Part shown: positions 31,035-40,089 of the stretch, one piece after another | Layout: every line of letters begins with the position of its first letter | How positions within the stretch are numbered: position 1 is the stretch's first letter | From: Cyclobacteriaceae bacterium | Lineage (GTDB): Bacteria > Bacteroidota > Bacteroidia > Cytophagales > Cyclobacteriaceae | Direction: 5' to 3' | DNA: 64,000 nt | Assembly (NCBI GenBank): GCA_049115735.1 | Contig: JAGDZP010000009.1 | Location: 36,355-100,354 of the forward strand | The notes under the pieces: model-generated | Databases searched by the model: none | What the model was told of the DNA's origin: nothing | What the model saw: the letters and a program-made list of their open reading frames with translations, nothing else | Program-made: the position numbers and the translations under genes

Positions 31035-31065
31035 GCTTTACTAAACTTTTAAAGTTTAGTAAAGC
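31035..31065. repeat. 31-nt perfect palindrome GCTTTACTAAACTT-TTA-AAGTTTAGTAAAGC, copy 1 of a repeated element
   Basis: Read directly. A second near-identical copy lies at 63154-63190. Confidence 0.7.
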
Positions 31066-31085
31066 TATTCTATATCAGAATTCAA

Positions 31086-31114
31086 ATAAAAAAGCACCGA
31101 ATCACTCCGGTGCT
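31086..31114 (-). terminator. Rho-independent terminator for the minus-strand flotillin operon
   Basis: AGCACCG/CGGTGCT 7-bp stem with a T-run on the minus strand (A-run 31086-31093 on plus). Confidence 0.6.
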
Positions 31115-31172
31115 TGATTTACTTCAGATTAAACCTTCAAGGTTTCTGAAACCTAGAAGTTTAGAATCTCAC

Positions 31173-32828
31173 TTATTTAGTCCCCTTCCTGGGAGTCGCT
31201 CTTTTGCCAGTAGGTGTTGCGCGGACAGGTTTCTGAATTTTCGCGGCTTCTTTCTCTTCAGGTTTGGCTTCCGCAGCTTTCACTTCTTTAGCATCCTCAA
31301 TATTCAGATCGCCATTCACATTCATGCTACCAAGGTAGTCTGGTAGGTCAATTCCAACCTGCTTGGCCAAGTCGTGGATAGGAGGTAGAGCACTAATAAA
31401 GTTTCGGATAAAAGATGAAGTGGCATTTTGTCCTTCTCCATTTCCACCTGAACCACCATCCCATACAGTGATTTTGTCGATCTTCAAGTTAGACAATGCT
31501 TCAGTTTGTCTACTCACTAAGGTATCAAGCTGCTCCAGCAAGAGTAGGGTAGAGGCAGCTTTGCTGTCGCCATCACAAGCATTGATAATCTCCTTGTATC
31601 CTGCGGCTTTTGAGTTTAGCAGTTCTTCCATACCCTTAGCTTCTGCCTGGTATTTCAAGAGTGTTGAATCAGCCTCACCTCTGGCAATGTTGATCAGCTC
31701 TGCTGCTTTGGCTTCTGCGTCAATGGTGACCTTCTGCTTATCAATTTTCTTCTGAACAATCTCCTCCTTTTCCAGGCGAGTTTGCTCTGCCAACTTCTCT
31801 GCTTCAAGAATCTGTTTCATGGCTTCAGCTTTGGCAACATCGCTTCTTCGTTTGGCTTCAGCCACTCTTTCTGCCAGTTCAGCATTCGATGTAGCTTCAG
31901 TAGCTTTGGATTCGTTTTCTCCGGTAATGGCTTCTGCTTCCAGTGTAGCCACTTTTACCCTTTGTTCTGTATCCGCTTCTTTTCTACCCTCGGTCGCACG
32001 AGCATTCTCCAAGGCTATTTGAACTTCTCTTTCTCTTCCTGCTTTTGCTTCACCCAGGCTCGCTTCAGTTTCATAGTTGGCAATGGTTACCCTTTTCTTA
32101 GCATCAGCTTCTTTTACTCCTTCTTCACTTTGTGCCTGTTCTATAGCCACTTTTACATCTTTTTCTCGCATTGCCCTGGCCTCACCTGTGGCACCTGAAG
32201 CTTCCTGATCAGCCACTTCTACTTTCGCCTTGTTGATTGCTTCTGCAGCGGCTTTCTTACCGATAGCTTCGATGTAACCGGACTCATCCGTGATATCTTT
32301 GATATTCACGTTTATCAGTTCCAGGCCAACTTTATTCAACTCAGAAGCTACGTGTTTGTTAATGAGCTGTAGGAATTGCTCACGGTCTTTGTTGATCTCT
32401 TCTATTGATAGCGTGGCAATTACTAACCTTAGCTGACCGATGATGATGTCTGTTGCCTGCGTTTCTATTTCATCCTGATCCAGACCAAGTAGCCTTTCTG
32501 CAGCATTGAGCATGATGCCTTCGGCTGTTGATATACCTACAGTAAAAGTACTTGGTGTGTTGATTCTGATATTTTGCTTGGATAGAGCTCCTTTCAGGTC
32601 TATATCTATCGGTATTGGTTTCAGGTCCAGGTATTCATATTCCTGAATAATGGGTATGATCAAAGCACCACCACCGTGCACACATCGTGCACTTTGCGAG
32701 CCACCAACTTTACCATAGATCACAAGCACTTGGTTTGAAGGACACCTTTTGTACCTGGCGATTATTATAATTAAGAGGAGTAAAAATAGGCCTATGCCTA
32801 CAAAAGTCATATTTGATAAAAATTCCAT
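31173..32828 (-). CDS. Flotillin-like SPFH/band-7 protein (YqiK-type) with a long A/E/K-rich coiled-coil
   Basis: N-terminal TM, then SPFH core, then extended EA-repeat coiled coil. 551 aa, as E. coli YqiK. Confidence 0.8.
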   Translation of the reverse strand: MEFLSNMTFVGIGLFLLLLIIIIARYKRCPSNQVLVIYGKVGGSQSARCVHGGGALIIPIIQEYEYLDLKPIPIDIDLKGALSKQNIRINTPSTFTVGISTAEGIMLNAAERLLGLDQDEIETQATDIIIGQLRLVIATLSIEEINKDREQFLQLINKHVASELNKVGLELINVNIKDITDESGYIEAIGKKAAAEAINKAKVEVADQEASGATGEARAMREKDVKVAIEQAQSEEGVKEADAKKRVTIANYETEASLGEAKAGREREVQIALENARATEGRKEADTEQRVKVATLEAEAITGENESKATEATSNAELAERVAEAKRRSDVAKAEAMKQILEAEKLAEQTRLEKEEIVQKKIDKQKVTIDAEAKAAELINIARGEADSTLLKYQAEAKGMEELLNSKAAGYKEIINACDGDSKAASTLLLLEQLDTLVSRQTEALSNLKIDKITVWDGGSGGNGEGQNATSSFIRNFISALPPIHDLAKQVGIDLPDYLGSMNVNGDLNIEDAKEVKAAEAKPEEKEAAKIQKPVRATPTGKRATPRKGTK

Positions 32829-32830
32829 AA

Positions 32831-33352
32831 TTATTGAGTTTTATAAGGTTCAACAAATAATACATTGCCCTGCACATCATACACAAGTATTTCAGTGCCG
32901 GTTTCTATTTTGTCCTGATTGGTTTTAGCGTGAAATGTTTTCAGTCGGCCTTGCACAACCAACTGCACCTGGCCACTTCCTTCTCCATTCCCTGGAATAC
33001 CGAGGTATACCTTTCCTGTTTTTCCTACTGCGTTATTGATATCTATATTTCCTTTTTCATTGAGTCCCTTAAGTTTTTTCATCATCAGGATTGATCCGAC
33101 AAAAGCCAATGAACCCATGAAAATAGCAACCATTAGAATTTTAAATTCTGACATATCAGTGGTTGTGTGACCAAAGTATCCAGCCCAACCTCCAATGCAA
33201 ACAAATGCTATCAGGGAGTTGAAGGAAAAATCACCTCCAAACAATTCGATTTCAAAATGGTCGACATCCAGTCCAATAAAGGTGAGCAACACCACCAGAC
33301 CCAAAAAGCCGCTGGAATAGATTGCGATGTTCCAATATATATCTACAGTCAT
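32831..33352 (-). CDS. NfeD-like membrane protein (YqiJ-type) with a C-terminal OB-fold
   Basis: N-terminal TMs plus GKTGKVYLGIPGNGEGSGQVQLVVQGRLKTFHA OB-like segment. Immediately upstream of flotillin in the same orientation. Confidence 0.6.
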   Translation of the reverse strand: MTVDIYWNIAIYSSGFLGLVVLLTFIGLDVDHFEIELFGGDFSFNSLIAFVCIGGWAGYFGHTTTDMSEFKILMVAIFMGSLAFVGSILMMKKLKGLNEKGNIDINNAVGKTGKVYLGIPGNGEGSGQVQLVVQGRLKTFHAKTNQDKIETGTEILVYDVQGNVLFVEPYKTQ

Positions 33353-33509
33353 TTTATTAAGGTTTAAAATTCAAATCAATTTATCTATACGCTGAATCTT
33401 TACACATTCCTTCTATCTTTTCCCTTTAGGGGAAATAAGAAAGGGGTGAATTGAAAACAATATGTGTAAATATTCTCACTACCAAAACTTCAGGTTTGTG
33501 GCCAGGGCG

Positions 33510-35057
33510 TCAGTAAAACTCCCATTTGCCACGTAAATAGTATTTATACAAAACCGGATTGTGTATCTTATTTACTTCGATGTTTACAGTATCCTCCGCA
33601 AACAACGGTTTACCAAAGGATGTCATCAGTGTCATCGATTCATGGTTGATCCATCTTGTTCTTATTGTGGTTTCATCAAAGCGGAGACTTTGAAGAGCCT
33701 TTTCTAATTTCTCTGGATCTCCATTTTTTGCACCCAATACCCAGCCCCATTCTCCAAGCGTAATCACTTGGTTGTGCATGGGTGCTGTTGTAAATCCAGC
33801 CTCCTGCATAGTCAGGTTTATGCAATTAAATGCTTTGGCGGCATAATATGGGCTACCAGCCTGGGTCACCACCAATCCATGTGGTCTAAGTCGTTTGTGG
33901 CAAAGTCTATAAAATTCATAAGAATAGAGCCTGCCCATTTCTACTGTCTTTGGATCGGGTAAGTCAATGATAATTACATCATAGAAGCCAGCATCACTTT
34001 CCAGGAAATTGTAACCATCGGTGTTGATAATGTTCAGTTTCTCATGATTCATAGAATTCTGATTCATGGTTACTAACAAATCATGTGTCTTACCAAGGTC
34101 TGTCATCACAGGATCAAGATCGACCAATGTGATAGTTTCGACTGATTGGTATTTCAGAATTTCTCTTACCGCTCCACCATCTCCGCCACCAAGTATTAAT
34201 ACCTCTTTTGGTAGTTTAGATAGGCTCATTGCTGGATGAACCAGGGGCTCATGATACATATACTCATCAATAGAGCTTAGCTGTTGATTGCCATTGATGA
34301 ATAACCAAAAGTCTTCTTTGGACTGAGTGATAACTACTTTCTGGTATTTGCTCTGCTCTTCGAAAACCACATTGTCTTTATACCTTTTTTCTTCCCCATA
34401 GCTTATGATAGGTTGGGCAAATAGGAAGCCTGAAACCAGTAGTACAAATACCCCAAAGGAGAGGAGGTTTGTTCTCATCCTTGCTGTAGACTCCAGATTC
34501 GATTTTAGAATGAAGTACAATAAAATCGCCACGCTGAAATTAATGCTTCCTAGAATAACAGGAGTATAAGTCAGACCTAAGTAGGGAAGACCAATGAAGG
34601 CAAAGAATACACCACCAATCAAACTGCCGTAGTAGTCATTCTCCATCACAGATGAAACGTTGATGTGCAGCTTCTCAAACTGGTCGTTCAACCTAATTAC
34701 GATTGGGATTTCCATACCAATCAAAAGGCCGATGATGATGCTAAGCGAATAGATGATCCAATAGGAGCCCCCATAGTAAGCCGTCACTGAATAGGTGATC
34801 ACCGATACGTAGGCAGTTAGAATCGACAGGGTAAATTCAATCAGAATGAACTTCTGAAGCAGGTCGCCCGAAAAGTATTTACTAATGCGACTTCCGAGCC
34901 CCATGGAAAAAAGCATGATCGATACGATCATAGTCCATTGGAAAACAGAGTCGCCAAGAAAATAGGTAGCAAGTGTGGACAAAACGTATTCGGCAACAAT
35001 TCCTGACAAGCCTGTAGCGAACAGCGCGAGTTTCAGAATGTTGGAATGTAGTTTCAT
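33510..35057 (-). CDS. Polytopic membrane domain fused to a spermidine/spermine synthase-like aminopropyltransferase domain
   Basis: About 200-aa N-terminal multi-TM region, then LILGGGDGGAVREIL and DLPDP motifs of spermidine synthase. Confidence 0.7.
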   Translation of the reverse strand: MKLHSNILKLALFATGLSGIVAEYVLSTLATYFLGDSVFQWTMIVSIMLFSMGLGSRISKYFSGDLLQKFILIEFTLSILTAYVSVITYSVTAYYGGSYWIIYSLSIIIGLLIGMEIPIVIRLNDQFEKLHINVSSVMENDYYGSLIGGVFFAFIGLPYLGLTYTPVILGSINFSVAILLYFILKSNLESTARMRTNLLSFGVFVLLVSGFLFAQPIISYGEEKRYKDNVVFEEQSKYQKVVITQSKEDFWLFINGNQQLSSIDEYMYHEPLVHPAMSLSKLPKEVLILGGGDGGAVREILKYQSVETITLVDLDPVMTDLGKTHDLLVTMNQNSMNHEKLNIINTDGYNFLESDAGFYDVIIIDLPDPKTVEMGRLYSYEFYRLCHKRLRPHGLVVTQAGSPYYAAKAFNCINLTMQEAGFTTAPMHNQVITLGEWGWVLGAKNGDPEKLEKALQSLRFDETTIRTRWINHESMTLMTSFGKPLFAEDTVNIEVNKIHNPVLYKYYLRGKWEFY

Positions 35058-35062
35058 CTTTC

Positions 35063-35755
35063 TTAGGAGCTTGTTGTTACTGTAGCCGATACCGTTGCTG
35101 CTGTCACCGCTGCAGATATTGCTACCTGCACTTCCTGAATCGTTTGATCAACAGATTCGGCTATTGGATTTTCTTTTATAAATAATTTGAGCGCTTTCTT
35201 GATTTCTCTTTTTTCCTTTCTGTCATTGCTTAAAATCCCTTGTCCACCACTTGAATAGATCAAAGACAATAAGACAGCTTCATCCGGAGAACTGTTTTGT
35301 CCTTTCAGTACAATCTCTCTTAGCCTTTGGATCAGTTCATTACGTTCGGATTTTTCCTTCAAGCGGCAGATCTTATATGGGATGAACAAGAACTTCTTGT
35401 GTTCGATGCTGAAGTAGCCATCTTTTTCCATTCTATAGAGAATGACCCACTTAAAGGTCTTGACTTTGCGCGAAACCTTGCTGATCCACTGGGTGATTTT
35501 GCGTTTCTTCTTTGAGTTTTTGATAAGGTTAAATACCTCATAATCCAATGGTTGTTTCAGTTGATTGATTTCGCCAGCCTGGTCATTTACCAAAAGGTAT
35601 TTTCCATCTATTTTCAGCAAACCACGCAAATTCATACCGAGCAATATGGCCCCAACTATCCCATAGGGCAGGATCATATCGGATATCATCCATCGACCCT
35701 TCTCAGGATGCTGAGCCAGTAGCAAATATTTCTCTATGGTGTTTAATGTTCTCAA
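35063..35755 (-). CDS. GPP34/GOLPH3-like protein
   Basis: N-terminal LLLAQHPEKGR resembles the GPP34 LLLA...EKGR signature. About 230 aa. Confidence 0.35.
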   Translation of the reverse strand: MRTLNTIEKYLLLAQHPEKGRWMISDMILPYGIVGAILLGMNLRGLLKIDGKYLLVNDQAGEINQLKQPLDYEVFNLIKNSKKKRKITQWISKVSRKVKTFKWVILYRMEKDGYFSIEHKKFLFIPYKICRLKEKSERNELIQRLREIVLKGQNSSPDEAVLLSLIYSSGGQGILSNDRKEKREIKKALKLFIKENPIAESVDQTIQEVQVAISAAVTAATVSATVTTSS

Positions 35756-35763
35756 AATAATTT

Positions 35764-36627
35764 TTATAGTAACCAGGTAATCAATACAGATCCACCTATA
35801 TATGCAAATGCTTCAACCAATGCCGCTCCATTGTTTGGATGCTCCTGGTTGACCAGCTCATCAGTCAGGTTCTGCCCAGGGAGCAAGATCTTATCAGCTA
35901 GAAATCTCACTATCGGTAAGAAGACGAGCCCTATTCCTACGTCCAAGGCCACACCCTCCAGGGTGATCAGCCAGTCTTCAAAATCGTGCATGAGTGCAAA
36001 GCGAATGAGATTACCTATCGCTATTAATGCACCGGCAAACCCAATGCCCACTGCAATATTTCCCTTTTTTATATGTTCATGAATATCGTAGGGCGTGATG
36101 AGATTGTAAACCAATGATGTCACGTACATTAGGGCCTGTCCCAAGATCCAATAGAGCACAGCGGTAATTATGGGGCCTCCGGCACCATGGCCTTCGCCAT
36201 GAATGGCACCAAGCACAATTAGCCCAGTCGAAACTGCCATAGCACCTTCCACCACTCCGGTACCCACATTGCGGTCTTCTACTATTTCCTTCTTCACATC
36301 AAACTTTCTCAATATTAATTTGTCATTAATGAGAATGGATAGGTTTAATAGAAGAATTGAAAGTGCGCCGTAAATTCCGATATCTATTAGGTCTTGAACC
36401 AGCCCAGCGGACTCACCGAGTAGTGCACTGCCAATAGCAGCAAGTAACCCAATGAAATATCCAACATAGGCAATTGAAAAAGCAAAGTTGTCGTGTTCAA
36501 CCAGTTCATAATTCACTTTTACCCCGGGGTGGAACCATTGGTACACCGTTTTGCCAATGAAAAATAAAAGGAATGAAACCGCCAGGTATACCAGTGTTTC
36601 AAGTATGTCGTCAAATAATGGTAACAT
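35764..36627 (-). CDS. Polytopic integral membrane protein, possibly DUF350/YjfL-like (internal repeats)
   Basis: Seven or more hydrophobic helices and an internal duplication. The family assignment is tentative. Confidence 0.35.
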   Translation of the reverse strand: MLPLFDDILETLVYLAVSFLLFFIGKTVYQWFHPGVKVNYELVEHDNFAFSIAYVGYFIGLLAAIGSALLGESAGLVQDLIDIGIYGALSILLLNLSILINDKLILRKFDVKKEIVEDRNVGTGVVEGAMAVSTGLIVLGAIHGEGHGAGGPIITAVLYWILGQALMYVTSLVYNLITPYDIHEHIKKGNIAVGIGFAGALIAIGNLIRFALMHDFEDWLITLEGVALDVGIGLVFLPIVRFLADKILLPGQNLTDELVNQEHPNNGAALVEAFAYIGGSVLITWLL

Positions 36628-36656
36628 GTATTATAGGTTTAGATGTTGGTTTTAGT

Positions 36657-37409
36657 TTATTTTCCGAATCCCCCGCCTCTTGATCGAGAACTAGAGCTTC
36701 CCCACCTTGAGCTTGAGCTTGTGGTTTTTTTGCTTGTGGACGACTGAGAAGTTCTATTCGCAACTCGCTGTTTAAAACTCGATGTATTTCTGCCCCATCT
36801 GGAGTTCGGTCGTGTGCTGCTTGTGTATTTACTATTGGTGCCGTATGTCGATCTTCCACCTGTAGATGGTCCATAGTAAGAGCGACCAGTACCATAGTAG
36901 TTGCCACGATAGTCGTCATAGTACGACCTCCTAACAGGGTAGGTAGCCATTCTAAACATGCTGCTCATAAAGGCATATTGACCATAAAACGCCCAGAAGC
37001 TGTGTCCGCCGGAATTTTGCCAATGTCCGTACCTGGAGTTGCCAACATAATTGTTGTAGCCGGGAGGGCTGGCAGACTTATGGAGCTTTCCATCTTCACC
37101 ACGCGAGGCGATTTCCATGCCCATATTATTTGCGTGTTGATTGAAGAAATGTTCATCCACTTCAAACCAGCCTGTCTCTTCTTCTGTGGGCTTGCCAGCC
37201 TCCTTCTCTTCTACGATGACGTATTGGTGGGTATAGGTTTTAAAGAAACTCCCTTCCACGTTCATGTCATTCAGTATTATGGAGAACACCCGATCTCTTG
37301 GGATCTCTTTTACCAGAATGTCCACTGGGTTTTTTACAAATCTATTGCCGCCACAGCCTGCTAGCAGCGTCAGTATTAATAATCCTATTATGCCTTTGTA
37401 AGCTTTCAT
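36657..37409 (-). CDS. Lipoprotein with a long Tyr/Gly/Ser/Arg-rich low-complexity C-terminal tail
   Basis: Lipobox LLAGCGG after an internal Met (start taken at 37409). The C-terminal approx. 90 aa are YYG/RGG/SSS-rich and ungapped. Confidence 0.5.
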   Translation of the reverse strand: MKAYKGIIGLLILTLLAGCGGNRFVKNPVDILVKEIPRDRVFSIILNDMNVEGSFFKTYTHQYVIVEEKEAGKPTEEETGWFEVDEHFFNQHANNMGMEIASRGEDGKLHKSASPPGYNNYVGNSRYGHWQNSGGHSFWAFYGQYAFMSSMFRMATYPVRRSYYDDYRGNYYGTGRSYYGPSTGGRSTYGTNSKYTSSTRPNSRWGRNTSSFKQRVANRTSQSSTSKKTTSSSSRWGSSSSRSRGGGFGK

Positions 37410-37658
37410 TGATGTCTTTTTCTTGGTTAGTTTAATTTCTTCTATTTTTCTTACTGTTTTTATCAATTATTAGGAGCAATTACTCCGGTACTCTTAGTCA
37501 CTCTCCTCCGGCCTTCACTACTCGTCCCGATTTCATCGGGGACTCAGACATGCCGTTCAGTCCGGGCTAATGAGTAGCTTTTTTGTGTTTCCAGCAGTGA
37601 TTCTTTACTTCGTTTAGATTGACAATGACAGAGCGAACCTTGTCATCCTGATCCTACA

Positions 37659-38213
37659 TTACTCCTGTGCCGCTGGAATAATATTCGAAATCTCAAACTC
37701 TTTGATCACTTTCCCTACAGATGCTTCAAACTCTCTTTCTCCCCATTGTGTGATGGACAATATTTTCTTTTCGTCATCATCGTAGTAGTCCCAGCTGATG
37801 AATTCCTCCCAATCGCCTGTGCCTTTTGTATTGTTGTTGAAGTAGCCAGCCAGATCTGTGTCGAGATAATAGATCACTTCTTTGTATTCGATCTTTTTTG
37901 GAGGACGTTCTTTCTTTATCGTCTTTTCGATTATGTCCTCTCCAAGCTTGCGCATTTTCACCGACTTGCTTACTGAGAGCGAAAGCCCTCCTTCATTTTC
38001 TACGCTTAGGTACAACTCTTCGTCTCCAGAGTCAATCAAGTATTCTTTTGAGAAATTATTGTTGCCCCAATCATACTCATAGACCTCCTTCACCTGCCAT
38101 GATTTCATATCATAGTCCAATATAAAACCCTGATCTAAATCTTCCACCGTTACATGAGTGATGTCGTATTCCGGTTCCGTTTCTTTCTTTTTTAAAAAAT
38201 CAAATAAGCCCAT
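37659..38213 (-). CDS. Acidic cytoplasmic protein, DUF4178-like
   Basis: 184 aa, very acidic, with W/Y-rich repeats. The assignment rests on composition and the known PspA neighbourhood, not on a motif match. Confidence 0.3.
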   Translation of the reverse strand: MGLFDFLKKKETEPEYDITHVTVEDLDQGFILDYDMKSWQVKEVYEYDWGNNNFSKEYLIDSGDEELYLSVENEGGLSLSVSKSVKMRKLGEDIIEKTIKKERPPKKIEYKEVIYYLDTDLAGYFNNNTKGTGDWEEFISWDYYDDDEKKILSITQWGEREFEASVGKVIKEFEISNIIPAAQE

Positions 38214-38367
38214 ATTTACTTTTTAATTTCCTCTAATCTCTGAGAGGCCTCAATATTAATATTTTCCGTACTATTCTCTGTGTTCCTCTGTTTCGTATAG
38301 CCACTTACTTCATGGGCGTTTATCATCAATCCGAAGAATAAGACCAGCGATATAAAGTGTCCTTTTT

Positions 38368-38514
38368 TCAACTGCCGAATACTCTTTGGAAAAGGTACAA
38401 GCCTGCAATAATGATCAGGAATATAATTCCTATTTTTACCAGGATACCAAAAACGAATCCTGCCAAAAAAAGGACTGCCGCTACTACCAACAATATTTTA
38501 ATCAAGTCAAACAT
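38368..38514 (-). CDS. Unannotated 48-aa two-TM peptide between PspA and the DUF4178-like gene
   Basis: Minus-strand ATG at 38514. Translation MFDLIKILLVVAAVLFLAGFVFGILVKIGIIFLIIIAGLYLFQRVFGS, with stop at 38368-38370. It is below the ORF-track length cutoff. Confidence 0.35.
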   Translation of the reverse strand: MFDLIKILLVVAAVLFLAGFVFGILVKIGIIFLIIIAGLYLFQRVFGS

Positions 38515-38591
38515 CTTATTGATCTACTTTGTTTTCGAAGGTGCCGGCCACCGAATGGCGGTCGGCATTTCTGATTTATGATTATCCCCTT

Positions 38592-39302
38592 TTATTTATC
38601 TAATCCTAGTTTGGCTTTCATAGCAGCCAGGTCATCAGCCGCTTTTACTTCTGCAGTGCCACCTTCTAGTGCTTTTTCGATTTCATCGTCCACACTTTTG
38701 CTCTCGTTGGCTATTTCGCCATAAGACTCTGCCAACGCTTCTTCCTGCGCAACTTTGTCCTTCATCTTTTCGAGCATAGCCACAGTTCCGGAAGCATCTA
38801 CTTGCGAAAGTTGCTTATTAAGATTTTTTGTTGCGGTACTCACTTTTACGCGAGCTTTTAGCGTCTTTAATTCGTTCTCATATTGGCTGATGGTGCTGCG
38901 AATTTTCTTCACATTTACATCTAGTTGAGATACGTTCTTGTCAAATCTTTCCTGCTCTTCTTTTGCACGATTCATTTGGCCATTGGCTTCTTCTTTTTTC
39001 ACTAGCGCCTCACTTGCCAATCGATCTGCTTCTGCTGCATCTATTTGACCGTCCGCACCTCTTTTTAATAGGAGCATGGCTTTGTTTTCATAGTCTTTGG
39101 CTTTGCTCTTATAGGTCTCCACATCGTTTTTAGATCGGATAGCCATTGCTTTTACTTCTGCCAACGCGTGTAGGCTTTTATCCAAATCACTTTTTAAGTC
39201 TCTGATGCCTTGTTCGGTCATTTTAATTGGGTCTTCCAATTTGTCTATCGCAGCATGTGCTTCTGATTCACCGATTTTGAAAAGTCTTCTAAACATGTTC
39301 AT
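38592..39302 (-). CDS. pspA: PspA/IM30 family protein (phage shock protein A / Vipp1 / LiaH family)
   Basis: MFRRLFKIGESEAHAAIDKLEDPIKM aligns with the E. coli PspA [26 protein letters not shown]. Coiled-coil throughout, LAAMKAKLG C-terminus, 236 aa. Confidence 0.85.
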   Translation of the reverse strand: MNMFRRLFKIGESEAHAAIDKLEDPIKMTEQGIRDLKSDLDKSLHALAEVKAMAIRSKNDVETYKSKAKDYENKAMLLLKRGADGQIDAAEADRLASEALVKKEEANGQMNRAKEEQERFDKNVSQLDVNVKKIRSTISQYENELKTLKARVKVSTATKNLNKQLSQVDASGTVAMLEKMKDKVAQEEALAESYGEIANESKSVDDEIEKALEGGTAEVKAADDLAAMKAKLGLDK

Positions 39303-39314
39303 AATTTCTCTATT

Positions 39315-39710
39315 TTAATTTTTTGATAATTTTAAGATTTCTCCTGAATACTCACCAAGGAGCATGGCCAGGGAATTAAATGTTGCTTCGATCTCGTTAA
39401 GATCGAGATTTTCTAGTTCATGTGTATTTCTGAAAAGTACCTTGTCACCGGTTTCATCCAGTACAAAAGCGCCATGGATAATGTCCCTGCTCTTTTGCAT
39501 GAGTGCTTTGTAGGTTTCGGCATTCGGGTCTTTTAGTTCTACAATAAATTGCTCAATGATCAACAATGGATCAGCCACCACAAGGACCAGATTTTTTATT
39601 CCCTGAGCTTCGTTTTCGATTACTATTAATCCGTCTTCCTGATTTTCGTAAGTTTTGGAATATCCCAGGTCAAGCAAGTATTCGTTTACTTTCTGAAAGT
39701 AATTGTTCAT
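39315..39710 (-). CDS. Small cytoplasmic protein, possibly YjfI/DUF2170-like (YbjN-type fold) PspA partner
   Basis: 131 aa, directly upstream of pspA with a 12-nt gap. Assigned by position and size, by analogy to E. coli yjfI-yjfJ. Confidence 0.3.
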   Translation of the reverse strand: MNNYFQKVNEYLLDLGYSKTYENQEDGLIVIENEAQGIKNLVLVVADPLLIIEQFIVELKDPNAETYKALMQKSRDIIHGAFVLDETGDKVLFRNTHELENLDLNEIEATFNSLAMLLGEYSGEILKLSKN

Positions 39711-39877
39711 TTTAAAATAATTTTAGATGTGCAATTAAATTTTTGATGGGTCTGTATTTCAATCAAATTTAATTACTTATTAATAGGTTATTGAATCTTG
39801 ATTGTTAAAAGTTGGTTTAATTTCCTGGTGGTGCTCTGAATTTCATATTTGATTGTGTCATTTTGTTTTACCTGACT

Positions 39878-39893
39878 ATGTTTACGTAAACAT
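39878..39893. promoter_or_regulatory. Perfect 16-nt palindrome ATGTTTACGTAAACAT in the divergent intergenic region between the PspA operon and the XRE/S24 regulator; candidate operator
   Basis: Read directly. It lies about 170 bp from the yjfI-like start and about 200 bp from the regulator start. Confidence 0.45.
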
Positions 39894-40089
39894 AATGCAA
39901 ATAGTTTTAGAGTTGCAAAAAAAATTAGCAATTAATATTATTTCTCTTTCAATGCTCTATCTTTGAGGTGTTGATTCCCGTATCTAGTAAACCCTTAATT
40001 CAATACCTGAAGAAGTCAGAGATTTGAAATTAAACAAAATGACCAAAACCGCTTTAATCTTATATCAATAAGTCTTTTATCTGTTAGTT

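Noticed and set aside
31363-32198. Long plus-strand ORFs (130 and 138 aa) antisense to the flotillin gene
   Set aside because: They lie wholly inside the A/E/K-rich coiled-coil repeat region of flotillin. That codon composition gives stop-free antisense frames. Their products are low-complexity S/A/F-rich and have no independent signals.
37550-37570. CAGTCCGGGCTAATGAG, reminiscent of the RNase P RNA P4 motif (AGUCCGGGC)
   Set aside because: The intergenic space is only about 190 nt, far too short for RNase P RNA, and the other universally conserved RNase P regions are absent.
38357-38581. Plus-strand 74- and 62-aa ORFs between pspA and the DUF4178-like gene
   Set aside because: They are on the opposite strand to the whole cluster. 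The minus-strand 48-aa hydrophobic ORF in the same space fits the operon and is the better reading.
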